Source of the DNA: Selaginella moellendorffii | Lineage: Eukaryota > Plantae > Lycopodiophyta | Assembly: GCF_000143415.4 (NCBI RefSeq) | Contig: NW_003314274.1 | Coordinates: 1,316,851-1,380,850, forward strand | Length of the DNA stretch: 64,000 bases | Direction of reading: 5' to 3' | In this document: one piece after another, positions 50,992 to 63,088 of the stretch | Layout of the letters: every line of letters starts with the position of its first letter | Position numbering within the stretch: the first letter of the stretch is position 1 | Translations under genes and position numbers: made by a program | The notes under the pieces: model-generated | What the model was told of the DNA's origin: nothing | Seen by the model: only the letters and a program-made list of their open reading frames with translations | Databases searched by the model: none

Positions 50992-53900
50992 TTAGATGAA
51001 AACTTTGGTGGCCTCGTCGTCTAGTCTCTTCTCGCGCTTGGTGTGCACGATCTTGTCTAGCACGGCTTGTTCCAGCGGTGTTGGATCAGTGCATCGCTCG
51101 GCAGCAGCAGCGCAGACCTGAGAGAAAGAGAAAGAGCTTGTCGATAAGAACCGAGAGTTTTGTTTTGCTTGCCTCGTCGAGGAGGAAATCCACCACATTG
51201 TCATCGTCGACCACTTCCCGGAGCGGGTCTCTCAAGTACTGCGTGTCCAGTTGGATTTGCTGGAAGCCACAGCGGCTAAACGTTTCAAGTCGGACGTACT
51301 CTTGGAAGCTCTTGAGAGCGATCTTGACAACCATGGAGATTACCGATGCCTGGGAGAAGAATCGAAGCGAAAGACGAGCTTTAGAGCAAGTTGGTGATGT
51401 GAGTTTTTCATACCTGCGTCAATTCGGGCCTGGTGAATATCTCAACTCTTTGCTTGAACAGCTTTGCTACGTCCCGCTCGAGTAAGTGCGTCTTTCCACG
51501 GTTGTTTAGCCTGCTGGAGCGAGAATCCCCGCGGGTGGTGTTACTGCTGCGAGTGGAGCTTGAGCTTCCGGCGCTATCAGAACGACGATGGCTCTTTCCA
51601 GGTTCCAATACTTGCTTCACCTCTCCTTCCATTCCTTTCACCTTCGCAACCGGCTACGTGAGATCTTTGGACGAGAAAGAAATGATACGCATTACCTCGT
51701 CCAATAGCAAGTCTGCAAACATCCGAACGTCCCTGGGCTCTTTGTACTGGTTGCAGAGCATTTCAGTTAGCCAGTCACCAGAGAAAGTTGGTATTACCTG
51801 GAGCCAGTTCGGCGTTGTAATGCTCTTGCAGATCATGATGGAAAGCTTTCGTGATCGGACATCAATGAACTGCAAAGGAAGATATCAGCAATGCCTGACC
51901 AACATAATCTTTACTAACCTGACGCAAAAACTTCTCTGCTGCAGCACGAAACGCTCTGCAAATCTCGGAAGGAAGAAATGCAGGACGATCACCCAGTGAA
52001 CCACCAATGAAAGAATCGCCTACTGCCTGCAAATTGATATGAGTATGACTTTCAGCTGATTATCCGCATAGTCGAACCTCTGTAATTCTCGGAACTCCTT
52101 CCTGCTCGATAAACGTAGACAAACGAGATAGAAGCAAGACGAATCCCGGAGCAGGAGAACCCAAGCGTTGATCAGAACCTTCGCCTTGGGTTGCACTGGC
52201 CAATGACAACGAGATGAAGTGGTCCACAAGAGATCCAAAAAACTCTTGAAAACCGCCTTGAACGAGGTCAATATAAGCGTCCCTCCAGCTGACCAGAAAA
52301 TCCACACTGTCATCTAATAGTTGAGTGAGGTCCTGTTACGAGAAGGTAATGTGCCTTGGAATAAAACGAACTCCAAGTTAATACCTTCAGAACTTCGAGT
52401 CCCCCATTAACAATTAAATTTTGCACGTTTTCAAGGGATAGAAGCAACGGCTTTTGCTGGTCCTTGGCCTGCTCTTGCTTGGGAGAGTGAATATCCGAAA
52501 GAGCACCTGTTAAGTAGCTTTATAACCAACTTTGAAGGGACTAGACAAAGATCGGACCTGTTACTTGGGCGTATAGCACCTTGAACTTGTGGTTGACGTG
52601 TTGTTTAACAGCCGACTCGACAGCCTGTAAGTAAACCAGTGAGCACTCCAGTCCTTGAAGGAAATAACAGACTCTAACCTGTATGGCACCGTCAATAAAC
52701 CCGGCTTCCGGCATCACTTCGTGCATCTTGGCTACATCAGCAGATAAACTTTCTGCAAACGATCAATCAAAGTGATGAAAGGAGTGTCGAGACTGAAGGA
52801 CACAAACTTAGTAAGGAAATCAACTCCGCGGCAGAAAGGCTTCCAGCTTCCGGCTGCAACGATACATTGACGTTTGCAAAGTACCTGAGAGTAATGAAAG
52901 TTAGGAAGCCACAAAATAGTGGCAAGACTGACTTGTCCAAAAGATCCTTCGCAGCTTCGTTAAGACGACTTTCCCCCGTTGGAAATATGGATCGAAATGC
53001 CGTTGCTGTTTGAGTAAATTCGGTAATAAATTTCTGTGAAAATTTGTTCAGTTAGCCTCACTTATGCATTGAATTACCTTTGCGTCATCGGGAGACTTGC
53101 TTTTGTGCGACAAAGTTTGAAGTTCTAAAAGGTGTTTCATGTTGCTTGTCAAGAACCCATCCATCAGAACATCAACCTATGAAATAGTTCAAAGATAACA
53201 ATTGTAAAGTACGTTACTAAAAATCCATCCGGTATACAACCCCACCGGGAACTTGAGTTGTTGAAGCAAGGCCACTGCTTCAGCTCGCCCAGGCAATGGT
53301 TCAGAATCTGCTAAGAACTTGGCCTGGAAAAAAGTGTGACAACCAGAACCTCAAGAAACAAACAGTAGAAAATGCACCTGAAGGCGCTTTGAGATCGTCG
53401 CAATCACCTCCTCGCTCTCCTGTTTACACGTTCTAAAAGACGAGCTACCATAAGTCTCTAATACTGGGCTCGCTCCCACGTAAAACTTCACCGCCTGAGC
53501 ATAATCTCCTTCTTTCAGGCACTTCCTCAAGCGTTTTGGGAGGTCAAAAACAAACTGATACAGCACTTCCCCAATCAGGCACAGAAACAAGAATAAGACA
53601 TCGTTTCTTTACCTGGACTTTCCGCAGGAGACTTCGTGTACCATTTAATTCTTCTATCCGTCCTCTTCTCTCAAACAGCGAGGCGTTTATGTTATCACTT
53701 TTCGTTCGCACTGCTGTCACCTAGCAATTCTGAAATCTATGAGCATGAGCTCAACGATCTCGAAGGCACTCTCACCTTTTCCAGAAGCTGCTGCATGTTG
53801 GATTCCATGCCCGCGACATTATCCTTCATCCTGCAAGCTCCTACTGTCATACATTTGCTAGAAAGTCCTGGAAGCGAAGCAAAACGAATTTCACGTACAC

Positions 53901-54312
53901 CTTGATAGTGTCTGTCGCACTGATGAACTTGTTGTAGTTCTCGTACACCAGCATTTGCATGTCACTGTCCAAGTTCTTGATCTCCGCGGCCACCTCGACG
54001 TGCTTCTTGAGCAAGGTCGGTAAATTCGTTTTCCTGACCTGCGCAGACAGACAAAAAGAAATGTCACCTCTCGATCTCCCCCGGAAGTAAAAAATGCGGC
54101 AATGCAATGCTATGCACCAGAGAAGCCATGTAGCGCTCCGGCTCGAAACCCTTGGTGTTGATCTGGAGCAGAGTATCCCGGCGCCTGGCGCTGACACCTC
54201 CATCGCCGGGAGCATCCAGATCGAAGTCACCGGAATCGGACTCGTCGGATTTGTAGAAGCTGCTGAGGAGCTCCCGGACGCGCCGCGCCTTCTCGTCCAG
54301 ATCCTCCGCCAT
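50992..54312 (-). CDS. VPS51: Vacuolar protein sorting 51 (GARP/EARP subunit), multi-exon
   Basis: DEKARRVRELLSSFY, EIKNLDSDMQMLVYENYNKFISATDTI, QFVFDLPKRL, LLERDVAKLF, EYVRLETFSRCGFQQIQLD. Confidence 0.95.
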
Positions 54313-54477
54313 GGGAGGAGGATCCAAATCGCCCCCAACCCTAACCCTGGGTTTAGTAGCTACCGCCAAAAACCAAAGCTTAAACAGATCCTGCAAGAAA
54401 ACTGAGACTTTCACGAAGTTCCAATTAATCTATAAACATCGATTGTCCATCCAACTCAATTGCCTCACAAATCATCA

Positions 54478-55865
54478 TGTCTCCTCGTGTTTCATGCTCC
54501 TCCATAGCTATCTTAGCACTAGTTCTAGAGATTTTGATCATGGCCGAGTCCTTGGATCATGATCATCGCACCGCATTTCAATCCTGCTGGCCAGATCCCA
54601 GCGCCTGGGACACCTTCAACTCCTCCATCGATGGAAGGCTCATCGAAGTCTTGCCTCCAGCGGCGCCCTGTCACAGCTTGCGAAATCGTGCGAGAGAAAT
54701 GGAGCTCGCCATTTTGGAGGTCGGATCAGCCGCAGTCCAGCAACTGGGAAGCAAGCGGCAACCAGAGCTGCCTCATCTCCTCCCCTCCCAACTCGAGCTT
54801 CTCGCGCTCTGTTCCAGTCTACTCTGTGAATGCCTCGACTCCATCTCACGTCCAAACTGTGGTGAAGTTTCCATCCGCCAAGAACATCCACACCGGGCGA
54901 TCTGGCACTGGATCAGGCACTGGTGATGTAAGCTGGCCATTATGCCAGGAAATCTATCAATCAGTAGAACACTACAAGTTGTTTACTTTGATGTCCAGAC
55001 TACTGCTCTCCTCAATGTCGATTTATGGTCCTGGGAATTGATCGTTGACGACAACAATCTCAACTTTGTGCTGCATAGCCTTCTGATCTTCTCGGGTAAT
55101 CTATGAAGAGAACAAATTGTTCTTTCACTTGGAAAATGGAAGAAAAGTACATTGAATTTGTAGAAATTTATTTGCTGTTTGTTCAAAATCCACATATTTC
55201 TATTGATCACACCGTTATCAAGATCCATGAAACTAAAACACCCCACATTGAGGTTGTTTAAATTGACTACCTTCAAACTAACTTCTCAATATCTGAACAA
55301 TACTTATATGGTTGAAACATTCATGATGTTCCTTTTAAGTCTTTATTATCCAAGCAACCTTAAGTGAACACCCAACCGAAAACTAGATGGTTAATTATAA
55401 ATTTTAATTAAGTAACATTGTGTTTGTTTTCTTGTGATCCATGCTCTTTTAATATGCAATTGTATTATTGAATAATAATACACTTAATAGTGAGATCTAA
55501 ATGTACTTGAAAATTAAATCTTTTGATGCTTGATATGACATTTTTATATGCTTTGTTACGTACATAAAAAAAATTATGTAATATAACCATTCACGACATA
55601 AAGAATAAAATAATTACTTATGGTAGCTAAAAGTCATTCAATGGATATATTTTTTATGTGCTCAAGTATATTATATTTTTGTTTGCTTTAGGAATAACCA
55701 ATTTGCAATATAACCATCAAGGTCATAAAGAATAAAATACAGTCACATTTGATATATAAATGAACTAATATCCCCTACAATGAGTTCTTGGCGATAAAGT
55801 CACTGTGAAAGCTCATGTTCTTCATCTGGTGAAGCCAGATGTTGAGAGATCCAGCCGCAGTGCCA
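54478..55865 (+). pseudogene. FAD-linked oxidase pseudogene (duplication C copy 1), partly inverted
   Basis: 54478-54900 matches 57196 onward with deletions; its continuation TAAGSLNIWLHQMKNMSFH lies on the minus strand at ~55780-55865. Confidence 0.85.
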
Positions 55866-55869
55866 ATGT

Positions 55870-56400
55870 CACACCCACAGCATTGGATCAAGATTCTCCA
55901 TGCTAGGTTTCCAATATCCTCGTAAACTTGGGCCATGTCATTCCAAGAAACAAGATCTTGCCTTGAAATCCTGTGGAGCTCCACGATTGTGGCCCCAAAC
56001 TCCACACTAGCGCAACAATCATCGAAGTGGCGCTAATCACAACATCCGATTGCCTCATGTTTAGCTGTGTGAACACCGCAATGAGCGTGTTCCACAAACA
56101 CAGCTAGTCAAAGCATGAGGTTAGAGACGCATAGTTGCATCAGTGCATTCCAAGCGACGACATTGCGTATGATTCAAACGGCGAGGAATGCTCTGGTAGC
56201 ACGCACGAGAGCCACAGTGTATGGAGAGTTCTCATCATTCATCCAAAACAGAGCTATCCATTCTTGCAGTCAGGCGAGCAAAAACCAAAAGAGCTTGTCA
56301 TCATGATAAGAACTCCATTCCATCGATTTTCTAGCCATTGATCTTCGTGCTAGCATGGGTTTAGCATGCATATGTAGTTGTGACAAGACCCATGCAACGT
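55870..56400 (-). pseudogene. Degenerate PPR fragments
   Basis: RNVVAWNAL, WNTLIAVF and QDLVSWN motifs interrupted by stops and frameshifts. Confidence 0.6.
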
Positions 56401-56896
56401 CATACCATGGCCTGTAAATTACATATTGGTTCCTTAAGCAATCAACATGTAGTATATGTACATTTTATCTCTACTTTATTTTCTTACAAATTAATTGTCA
56501 TATGAAAGGAAACAAGGAACATAGTGACCAACGTTATCCCACTCTGATAGGGCCGTGACAAACCATCCCCGTATTTTCCTCTGATAATTCTCAATTGGAA
56601 AATCACTTGCAGAAAAAAAAAATGGATGATGAATTCCTCCCCTCCTATTAAATAGAGTGGAAGTAACAAAAGGTGATTAGGACCTTTCATCCAAACCAAG
56701 AAGGTGGATTATTATGTTATGTTTTGGAGGTGATTGCTCAGTTTTCTACTCCTACCAGGAGTGTCACATATCCTCTATTTCCAAAATTTTAACTTTGCTC
56801 AGTCACGACAACTGAGCAAAATAAACAACAAAATAAACAAAACTCCTCTTGCTGAAGATTCTATAAAATAGAATTATAAATTTAAGCTAGGAAAGT

Positions 56897-57080
56897 TCCA
56901 GAGTTTTGTGGCTAACTTCATGGCATTGTCTGCTGCTCGTCGCGCAAAATCGATACCTTGCGTAGCACACCCGCTGTCCGCGACACACACACTGATCAAT
57001 CTCCTTTGGGTTCATCCCATAGTCAGCTAGGACTATAGACACGAGGAGGGTGTGGCTGCAAGCCGAGAAGATGCTGACGA
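56897..57080 (-). pseudogene. Remnant of the 3' end of the PPR gene
   Basis: Condensed copy of ~59192-59490. Confidence 0.85.
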
Positions 57081-57195
57081 TCCCGTGTTACCTCGAGACT
57101 TTTCCAAGAGAGATAGTCAAACCATAGCACTTCCACGAAGTTCCAAGTTATCGATAAACATCCAGCATTCACACTCGATTGTCTCACAAATCACA

Positions 57196-58971
57196 ATGTC
57201 TCCTCCTGTTTCTTGCTCCTCCATCGCTATCTTAGCACTGATTTTGCTCGTTGCCGATGCCCGGTCGTCCTTGGATCACGATTGTTTGTGCACCGCATTT
57301 CAATCCAGCTGCTGGCCAGATCCCAGCGCCTGGGACACCTTCAACTCCTCCCTCGATGGAAGGCTCGTCAAAGTCCTGCCTCCAGCGGCGCCCTGTCACG
57401 AGAGCCACTTCGATGAGCAAGCTTNNNNNNNNNNNNNNNNNNNNNNNNNNNNNNNNNNNNNNNNNNNNNNNNNNNNNNNNNNNNNNNNNNNNNNNNNNNN
57501 NNNNNNNNNNNNNNNNNNNNNNNNNNNNNNNNNNNNNNNNNNNNNNNNNNNNNNNNNNNNNNNNNNNNNNNNNNNNNNNNNNNNNNNNNNNNNNNNNNNN
57601 NNNNNNNNNNNNNNNNNNGTAAGGTTTGCATCCGCCAAGAACATCCGGCTAGTGATCAAGAACACCGGGCACGACTTCTTTGGAAAGAGCACTGCGGCTG
57701 GATCTCTCAGCATCTGGACGCACCACATGAAGAACATGAGCTTCCACGACGACTTTGTCGCCAAGAGATGCTCAGTGTCCCCGGTATCGGCAGTGACGGT
57801 CGGAGCTGGAGTCCAGTGGGAGGAGCTCTACCAGGCGGTGTTCAAGCAAGGTAAAGTGATCGTCGGGGCTGGGGGTGTTACTGTTGGAGCTGCCGGTGGA
57901 TATCCACAGGCCGCTGGACACAGTCCAATCTCTCCAGCCTTCGGCCTCGCAGCGGACAATGTCTTGGAGTATGAAGTAGTGACTGCTGCTGGAGATCTCG
58001 TTGTTGCTAACGGCTGCCAAAACGAGGATCTCTTCTGGGCTCTTCGAGGAGGCGGAGGAGGAACTTTTGGAGTCGTGGTCTCCGCTACACACCGGACTCA
58101 TCCACCGCTGACAAATCTCGCCTTCGCTGTCTACACCATCAATGCCACCGACAGATCCAGCTTCCTGGACTTGCTCACAAACTTTGCCGTGATCCATCCC
58201 AGTCTCTCGGAAGCTGGATGGTCGGGATACTTCCTACTGTCCAGCCAGAGCTTGCAACTCTCCAGGCAGACCTTGCTGGTCTTGTATATTCTTCCCAACA
58301 AGGACGTGTCCTTCGCAAAGTCGACGCTAGCACCGTTCCTGGACTACGTTGAGAAGCATCCAAAGCTCCAAGGAAATGGGAGCGTGGTCTCTCTTTCATC
58401 GTTCCAAGAGTATTACTCGCAATTCCTGTGTGGAGGCCAGAATTCCTGCGTCAACTCCAACAACTCCGCTATTTCGGCCGCTCTCTCCTCCAGGCTGATC
58501 CCAAAATCCCTCTTCGACAGCCGCAAATCCGTGGAGCAGCTGTCGGATGCCCTGATCTCGATCCTGGAGCGCTACCCGGCGTCGATCTTGGGCGCATTCG
58601 TGGCCGGCGGAGCAGTGGCAAGGCCGCGAGAGGAGAATGCCGTGAATCCGGCATGGCGCCGAGCCCTTTTGTTGGCGATTATCAGCAGCGGCTGGAGCGA
58701 TGGGGCGAGCCTGGAGGAGCAGCGCGAGGTTGCAAGGAATGTGAGCGCCGCGAACAAGCTGCTCATCGATCTGACGCCTGGATCGGGAACTTACATCAAC
58801 GAGGCGGATTTCAACGAGCCGGACTGGCAGCAATCCTTCTTCGGCGAGCACTACCCTCGCCTCCAGGCCATCAAGAGCAAGGTGGATCCATCCGGCCTCT
58901 TTCGCTGCCATCACTGCGTCGGGAGCGAGAAGTGGAGCGACGACCTCAATTGTCCACGGTCCAGTGAATGA
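57196..58971 (+). CDS. Secreted FAD-linked oxidoreductase (VAO/BBE superfamily, fungal-type); contains N-gap 57425-57618
   Basis: Signal peptide, CWP..W..FN..L.GRL, IKNTGHDF.GKS...SLSIWTHH, DLFWALRGGGGGTFGVV, YINEAD, C-terminal F.C..CVGSE.W; no introns visible. Confidence 0.92.
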   Translation: MSPPVSCSSIAILALILLVADARSSLDHDCLCTAFQSSCWPDPSAWDTFNSSLDGRLVKVLPPAAPCHESHFDEQAXXXXXXXXXXXXXXXXXXXXXXXXXXXXXXXXXXXXXXXXXXXXXXXXXXXXXXXXXXXXXXXXXVRFASAKNIRLVIKNTGHDFFGKSTAAGSLSIWTHHMKNMSFHDDFVAKRCSVSPVSAVTVGAGVQWEELYQAVFKQGKVIVGAGGVTVGAAGGYPQAAGHSPISPAFGLAADNVLEYEVVTAAGDLVVANGCQNEDLFWALRGGGGGTFGVVVSATHRTHPPLTNLAFAVYTINATDRSSFLDLLTNFAVIHPSLSEAGWSGYFLLSSQSLQLSRQTLLVLYILPNKDVSFAKSTLAPFLDYVEKHPKLQGNGSVVSLSSFQEYYSQFLCGGQNSCVNSNNSAISAALSSRLIPKSLFDSRKSVEQLSDALISILERYPASILGAFVAGGAVARPREENAVNPAWRRALLLAIISSGWSDGASLEEQREVARNVSAANKLLIDLTPGSGTYINEADFNEPDWQQSFFGEHYPRLQAIKSKVDPSGLFRCHHCVGSEKWSDDLNCPRSSE

Positions 58972-59164
58972 TTAGGGTTCTTGTCGATAATATAGATTAT
59001 TATGCTGTAATGCTTTAAAACCTTTTATATATTGTTTTTTATTTGAATATTAACCGTTGGAGAGCATATGCTAGAATATCACAATAAAATACTTTTGAAT
59101 TTTAAGAATTATTTTCTCTAAAGTTAAGTAGCCATAATATAAGTTACATCATTTACAAATTACG

Positions 59165-60856
59165 CTAGCATTGGACCAAAAGCTTGTAAGCTCCAGAGTT
59201 TCGCGGCTCGAGCTTCATGGCATTGTCCGCTGCTCGTCGCGCAAAATCGCTACCCTGCGTAGCACACCCGCTGAGCAAGCTCGTCCACGACACGGAGTTG
59301 GGCTCATACGGCATGTTGCTGATCACTTCCACGGCCTCGTCGATCTTCCCAGCTCGCCCCAACAGATCGATCAAGCACATATAGTGATCCTCCCTGAGGA
59401 TCATCTCATAGTCAGCTCCTATAGACACGAAGATCTGGCAGCCCTCGGCGAGCAATCCTCCGTGGCTGCAAGCCGAGAGAACGCTGACGAACAAAACCGC
59501 GTCGGGCTCCAGTCCTTCCACTCCCGTGCTCTCCCGGAAAACCTCGAGACTCTTCCGCGAGAGACCCGCCTGGGAGTACGCCTCGATCATCGCAGTGACG
59601 GACAACACATTCCTGCTCGTCATCGCGTCGAAAACCCGCTTTGAATCTTCCAGGCACCCGAACTTTCCATACATGTTGACGAGCGCAGTCCCCACCACCA
59701 CGTCGTCCATCGAAGAACTCGGCAGCGATTCTGATTCCTCCACCAGAGTCGAGTGGATGATCCTCGCGTGAGCCAGTGACGCAGCGCCGCAGCTCGAGCA
59801 CGCATCGAAGACGCTGGCAAATGTGAACTCGTTGGCAAGGACGCCGTCGAGATCCATGGCGAGAAAGAGCCGGATAGCGTCTTGGCCGCGACCACTCTGA
59901 GCGTACGCCACTACCATCGCATTCCACGGAAGGACACTGTTCTGGATCAAGCCCGTGTTCTTCATCGTGTCAAATGTCGTACGAGCTTCCTCCACGCTGA
60001 AACACCGGCCGTACATGGCAACGAGCGAGGTGAGCACAATCACGTCACTTCCAGCGCTGGAACTGACAAGAACATCGGCGTGTAGGAGTCGCCCATCCTT
60101 CAGATCACCACAGGAGTCGATCGTAGCGGCGAAGCTCACGCTGTCGGCTTGAAATCCCTCGAGATCCATGAGCCCAAATGCCTTGATCGCGTTCTTGCCT
60201 TGCCCAGCTTTGGCAAATGCTGTGATCATCGCGGTCCATGACACTAAATCCCTTCTAGGCATTTGATCGAAGAGCTTCTTCGCCTCGACGACCATGCCGG
60301 CTTGAGCGTACCCAGACACCATCGAATTCCACGACACGAGATTCCTCTCGGGCATTTTCTCAAAGATCTTCCTCGCTTCCCTGATATGCCCGTTTTGGGC
60401 ATACGCTGCCACCATCGCCGTCCAGGAGATCACATCCCTCTCGCTGTCCTGGATCGAGTCGAAGAGATCTCGCGCCTCTCGGATCAATCCAACCCGAGAG
60501 TACGCCGTGAGCATCGAATTCATGGCGACGATGCTGCGGTGGGGCATTTTGTCGAGGAGGCTTCTGGCGTGGCCGAGATGCCCGTTGCGTGCGTAGGCCG
60601 AGATCATGAGGTTCCACGAGTAGACATTGGGATCCCGGATGGATTGGAAGACGGCCAGAGCCTCCTCCACGCTGCCACAGCGGCCATACATCTTGACGAG
60701 CTGGTTGCCGAGAAATCTGCTGGTGCCGTGGCCTCCGTCGCGGATTTGGGAATGTATCGCCCTAACCTGTGACAGATCCCGGCACGCATTGAGCTGCTCG
60801 CCGAAGATCGTCGATTGATCCGGTGGAGGACGCCGGTCGCTTCCCCGGATCATCAT
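59165..60856 (-). CDS. PLS-class pentatricopeptide repeat protein with short E domain, no DYW
   Basis: Repeated VSW(T/N)AM..YAQ.G and MYG(R/K)CG motifs; HYMCLIDLLGRAG, MPYEPNSVSWTSLL. Confidence 0.95.
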   Translation of the reverse strand: MMIRGSDRRPPPDQSTIFGEQLNACRDLSQVRAIHSQIRDGGHGTSRFLGNQLVKMYGRCGSVEEALAVFQSIRDPNVYSWNLMISAYARNGHLGHARSLLDKMPHRSIVAMNSMLTAYSRVGLIREARDLFDSIQDSERDVISWTAMVAAYAQNGHIREARKIFEKMPERNLVSWNSMVSGYAQAGMVVEAKKLFDQMPRRDLVSWTAMITAFAKAGQGKNAIKAFGLMDLEGFQADSVSFAATIDSCGDLKDGRLLHADVLVSSSAGSDVIVLTSLVAMYGRCFSVEEARTTFDTMKNTGLIQNSVLPWNAMVVAYAQSGRGQDAIRLFLAMDLDGVLANEFTFASVFDACSSCGAASLAHARIIHSTLVEESESLPSSSMDDVVVGTALVNMYGKFGCLEDSKRVFDAMTSRNVLSVTAMIEAYSQAGLSRKSLEVFRESTGVEGLEPDAVLFVSVLSACSHGGLLAEGCQIFVSIGADYEMILREDHYMCLIDLLGRAGKIDEAVEVISNMPYEPNSVSWTSLLSGCATQGSDFARRAADNAMKLEPRNSGAYKLLVQC

Positions 60857-61060
60857 ACCTCCTGCTCACAAAACCGCCAGGAGATTGATCGCTCCCGGCA
60901 GTGACCTGCGGCCCCTGGAGCATAGATCGCCATTGGCGCCAAAAGGAAAACCCTAATCTTCCACAAGAGAGAGAATAAGAACCCTAAACTATATCATTGT
61001 TACTATGTTGTTTTTGGAGATTTCGTCATGATCAATGGCGGAGGATCAAACGATAGCCGA

Positions 61061-61669
61061 TCAAGCTTTGGGAAAGCTCGTGAACATATCACGCAGCTTA
61101 TCCATGGGAGTCGCGAGCAAACCCAGCGCAGCCTCCACCATCACCGGCTTCTCCGGGACCATGGTATGTGGCCTCGTCGGCGCGATGCTCTTGCCCAGCG
61201 CAAACGTAGCTCCCGCGGTCTCTCGCGCGCCAAGCCCCACCTCTTTCTCCACCAGCGCCAGATCCTCGCTCTCCTCCAGCTTGATGTGCTCGCGGAGCTC
61301 CTCCATGAGCTTGTCCATCTTGGGCTCCATCTCCTTGGCGTCACTCATCGACTCCATCTCCGCGAGCATCTCCTTCACCTTGTGGTGATCCTCGCGGGAT
61401 TTGTCGGCCAGCTTCTTGCCTCGATCGCCCATGGTTTCCATCATCGGGTAGAGGACCAGCTCCTCGGACACCGAGTGGCGGCAAATCTCCCACACGAACT
61501 GGTTGAACCACTTGAGCGCCGCCTCGCCATCGCTGTCCTTGAGCGATTTCTTGTAGTACTTGTAGTAGTCGTCCAGCTCCTCGTGATCCTTCTTGATGCG
61601 CTCGATGATGTCGCTGCTACTCCCGCCCTTGGCCGACGCTTCCTCGTGGTGCTGCTGCTGCTGCGCCAT
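61061..61669 (-). CDS. Hemerythrin-like HHE domain protein (fungal-type)
   Basis: IKKDHEEL, NQFVWEICRHSVSEELVLYP, DHHKVK, EHIKLEE, PTRPH, GLLATPMDKLRD. Confidence 0.9.
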   Translation of the reverse strand: MAQQQQHHEEASAKGGSSSDIIERIKKDHEELDDYYKYYKKSLKDSDGEAALKWFNQFVWEICRHSVSEELVLYPMMETMGDRGKKLADKSREDHHKVKEMLAEMESMSDAKEMEPKMDKLMEELREHIKLEESEDLALVEKEVGLGARETAGATFALGKSIAPTRPHTMVPEKPVMVEAALGLLATPMDKLRDMFTSFPKA

Positions 61670-62074
61670 GAATCCTCCCTGCGACGAAATAAAGGACTTA
61701 TGAAGAGATCGCAAAGCGACACAGATTGTAATTGATCCCAGTTGATCGATCACGCGTCGATCATAACTCTGCAAAAGGGAAGAATTATACCTTGGATTGC
61801 AGGAGACGAAACGAAGAATAGCGAGGAGGGATGGTCCTTCGCGAGTAAGCTGGAAGAGGAGGGCGATTGAGCACCAATTTCCTTGCAAGAGTCGCTAGAG
61901 CCATGGGAAGAACAAAACCTTCGTGAGGATCTAAAAAGAGGCTACATTCGGCACCCATGGGAATCGCCAGGTGTTGGTCTCCATGCATGCAGCTCCTCGA
62001 ATATTCGCGGGAAAGTGAGATCTGATGCGTGTGCCAGAGTGTATGGGCGGAGCGAAGCTTTATAACGAGCATCA

Positions 62075-62623
62075 TGAGCGCTTAGAAAGTAGTTTCCGAC
62101 TGGATCGCTAGATGATCGAGCAAGTTTAGGAATGGACCGACGCCTGTGAAGGGTGCCTGGATGAAGACTTCACTTCCTTGATCTTGAGCGTCCTCATCCA
62201 AGATCCCTCCCGGGTACGCTGGATCCTTCGAGCCTCCCTCCCAGCATCGCGTAGGATAACCAGCTGGGAGTGATGAGGTTTCCAGCTCCCACCGGGTCCG
62301 AGAGGCAGGAAAGAGTAAGGAAGGAGAGAAATCGATAAAAAGATCTCTATCTTCACGAAAAGAATGGATTCTAGAGAGCTTACGTTCCATCTAGGAACGA
62401 CAAGCTTTGAGGCGACGCGAACCACAGCTGCCTATCGGATTTCTGCCACACAAGAACGAGCAATCCATCATCAGTCTCGAGAAATTTCCACAATGTATAG
62501 CATAGCATCGATTAAGCAAGGAGAACATTAGCTTGTCCGATGTGGCTCTCACCACGATGGCAGAGCGGCGGAGCTGGAAACCCTGTGGCATTCCCAATCA
62601 CCAGCTGCTAGCGGCGCTGCCAT
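62075..62623 (-). pseudogene. Lhca3-like chlorophyll a/b-binding protein pseudogene
   Basis: WFASPQSLSFLDG, LITPSWLSY/AMLG, DPAYPGG, LKIKEVK and FIQAPFTGVGPFLNLLDHLA in shifting frames, with deletions. Confidence 0.85.
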
Positions 62624-63088
62624 GATAGATCGCGATCGATCGATGGCAAGCTCGTCTTTTTCGCGCCAAATTCACGCCAAATTCACTTCTGTGCCGACGT
62701 GGCAGGGAAGAGCTATCGCCCTAGATTCTCGTAAGTGAGCATTCTAGCGAATGGATTCGTCATACGGCACGATCCCCACGATTCCATCGTCTCTGTCGCT
62801 CGGTATGGTGTAAGAATTTGTCAGCCATGGATTTTCTTTCTTCGCAGCTACTCAAGTAGGATTTTAATGAAGAAGAGGAAGTGGACGAAAGGACGATGAC
62901 TTCGACGTTGATGACTAAGATCTCGACTTTGTGAGAGATCGTCCCAAGGGTGAACGAATCCCAATCCCAACGAGAGAGAGCCTGCACGAAGAACGCTAAC
63001 AGCGAGGAGGATGAGGTACTTTCGCGGAGAGCTAGACAAGTACGCAAACAAGTCCGACTTCAGGCCTTGCTGCTTCTCCTGCGAGTCA

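Noticed and set aside
57052-57195. 48-aa N-terminal extension of the oxidase
   Set aside because: Starts at GTG inside the PPR remnant; the signal peptide follows ATG 57196, matching the paralogue's ATG
15844-58971. Biosynthetic gene cluster (P450, GDSL, germins, UGT, FAD oxidase)
   Set aside because: Scattered over 43 kb among housekeeping genes, no scaffold-forming enzyme, and the GDSL is dead; would need co-expression evidence
58396-60772. Long antisense and alternative ORFs over the oxidase and PPR genes
   Set aside because: Expected shadow frames of GC-rich coding sequence
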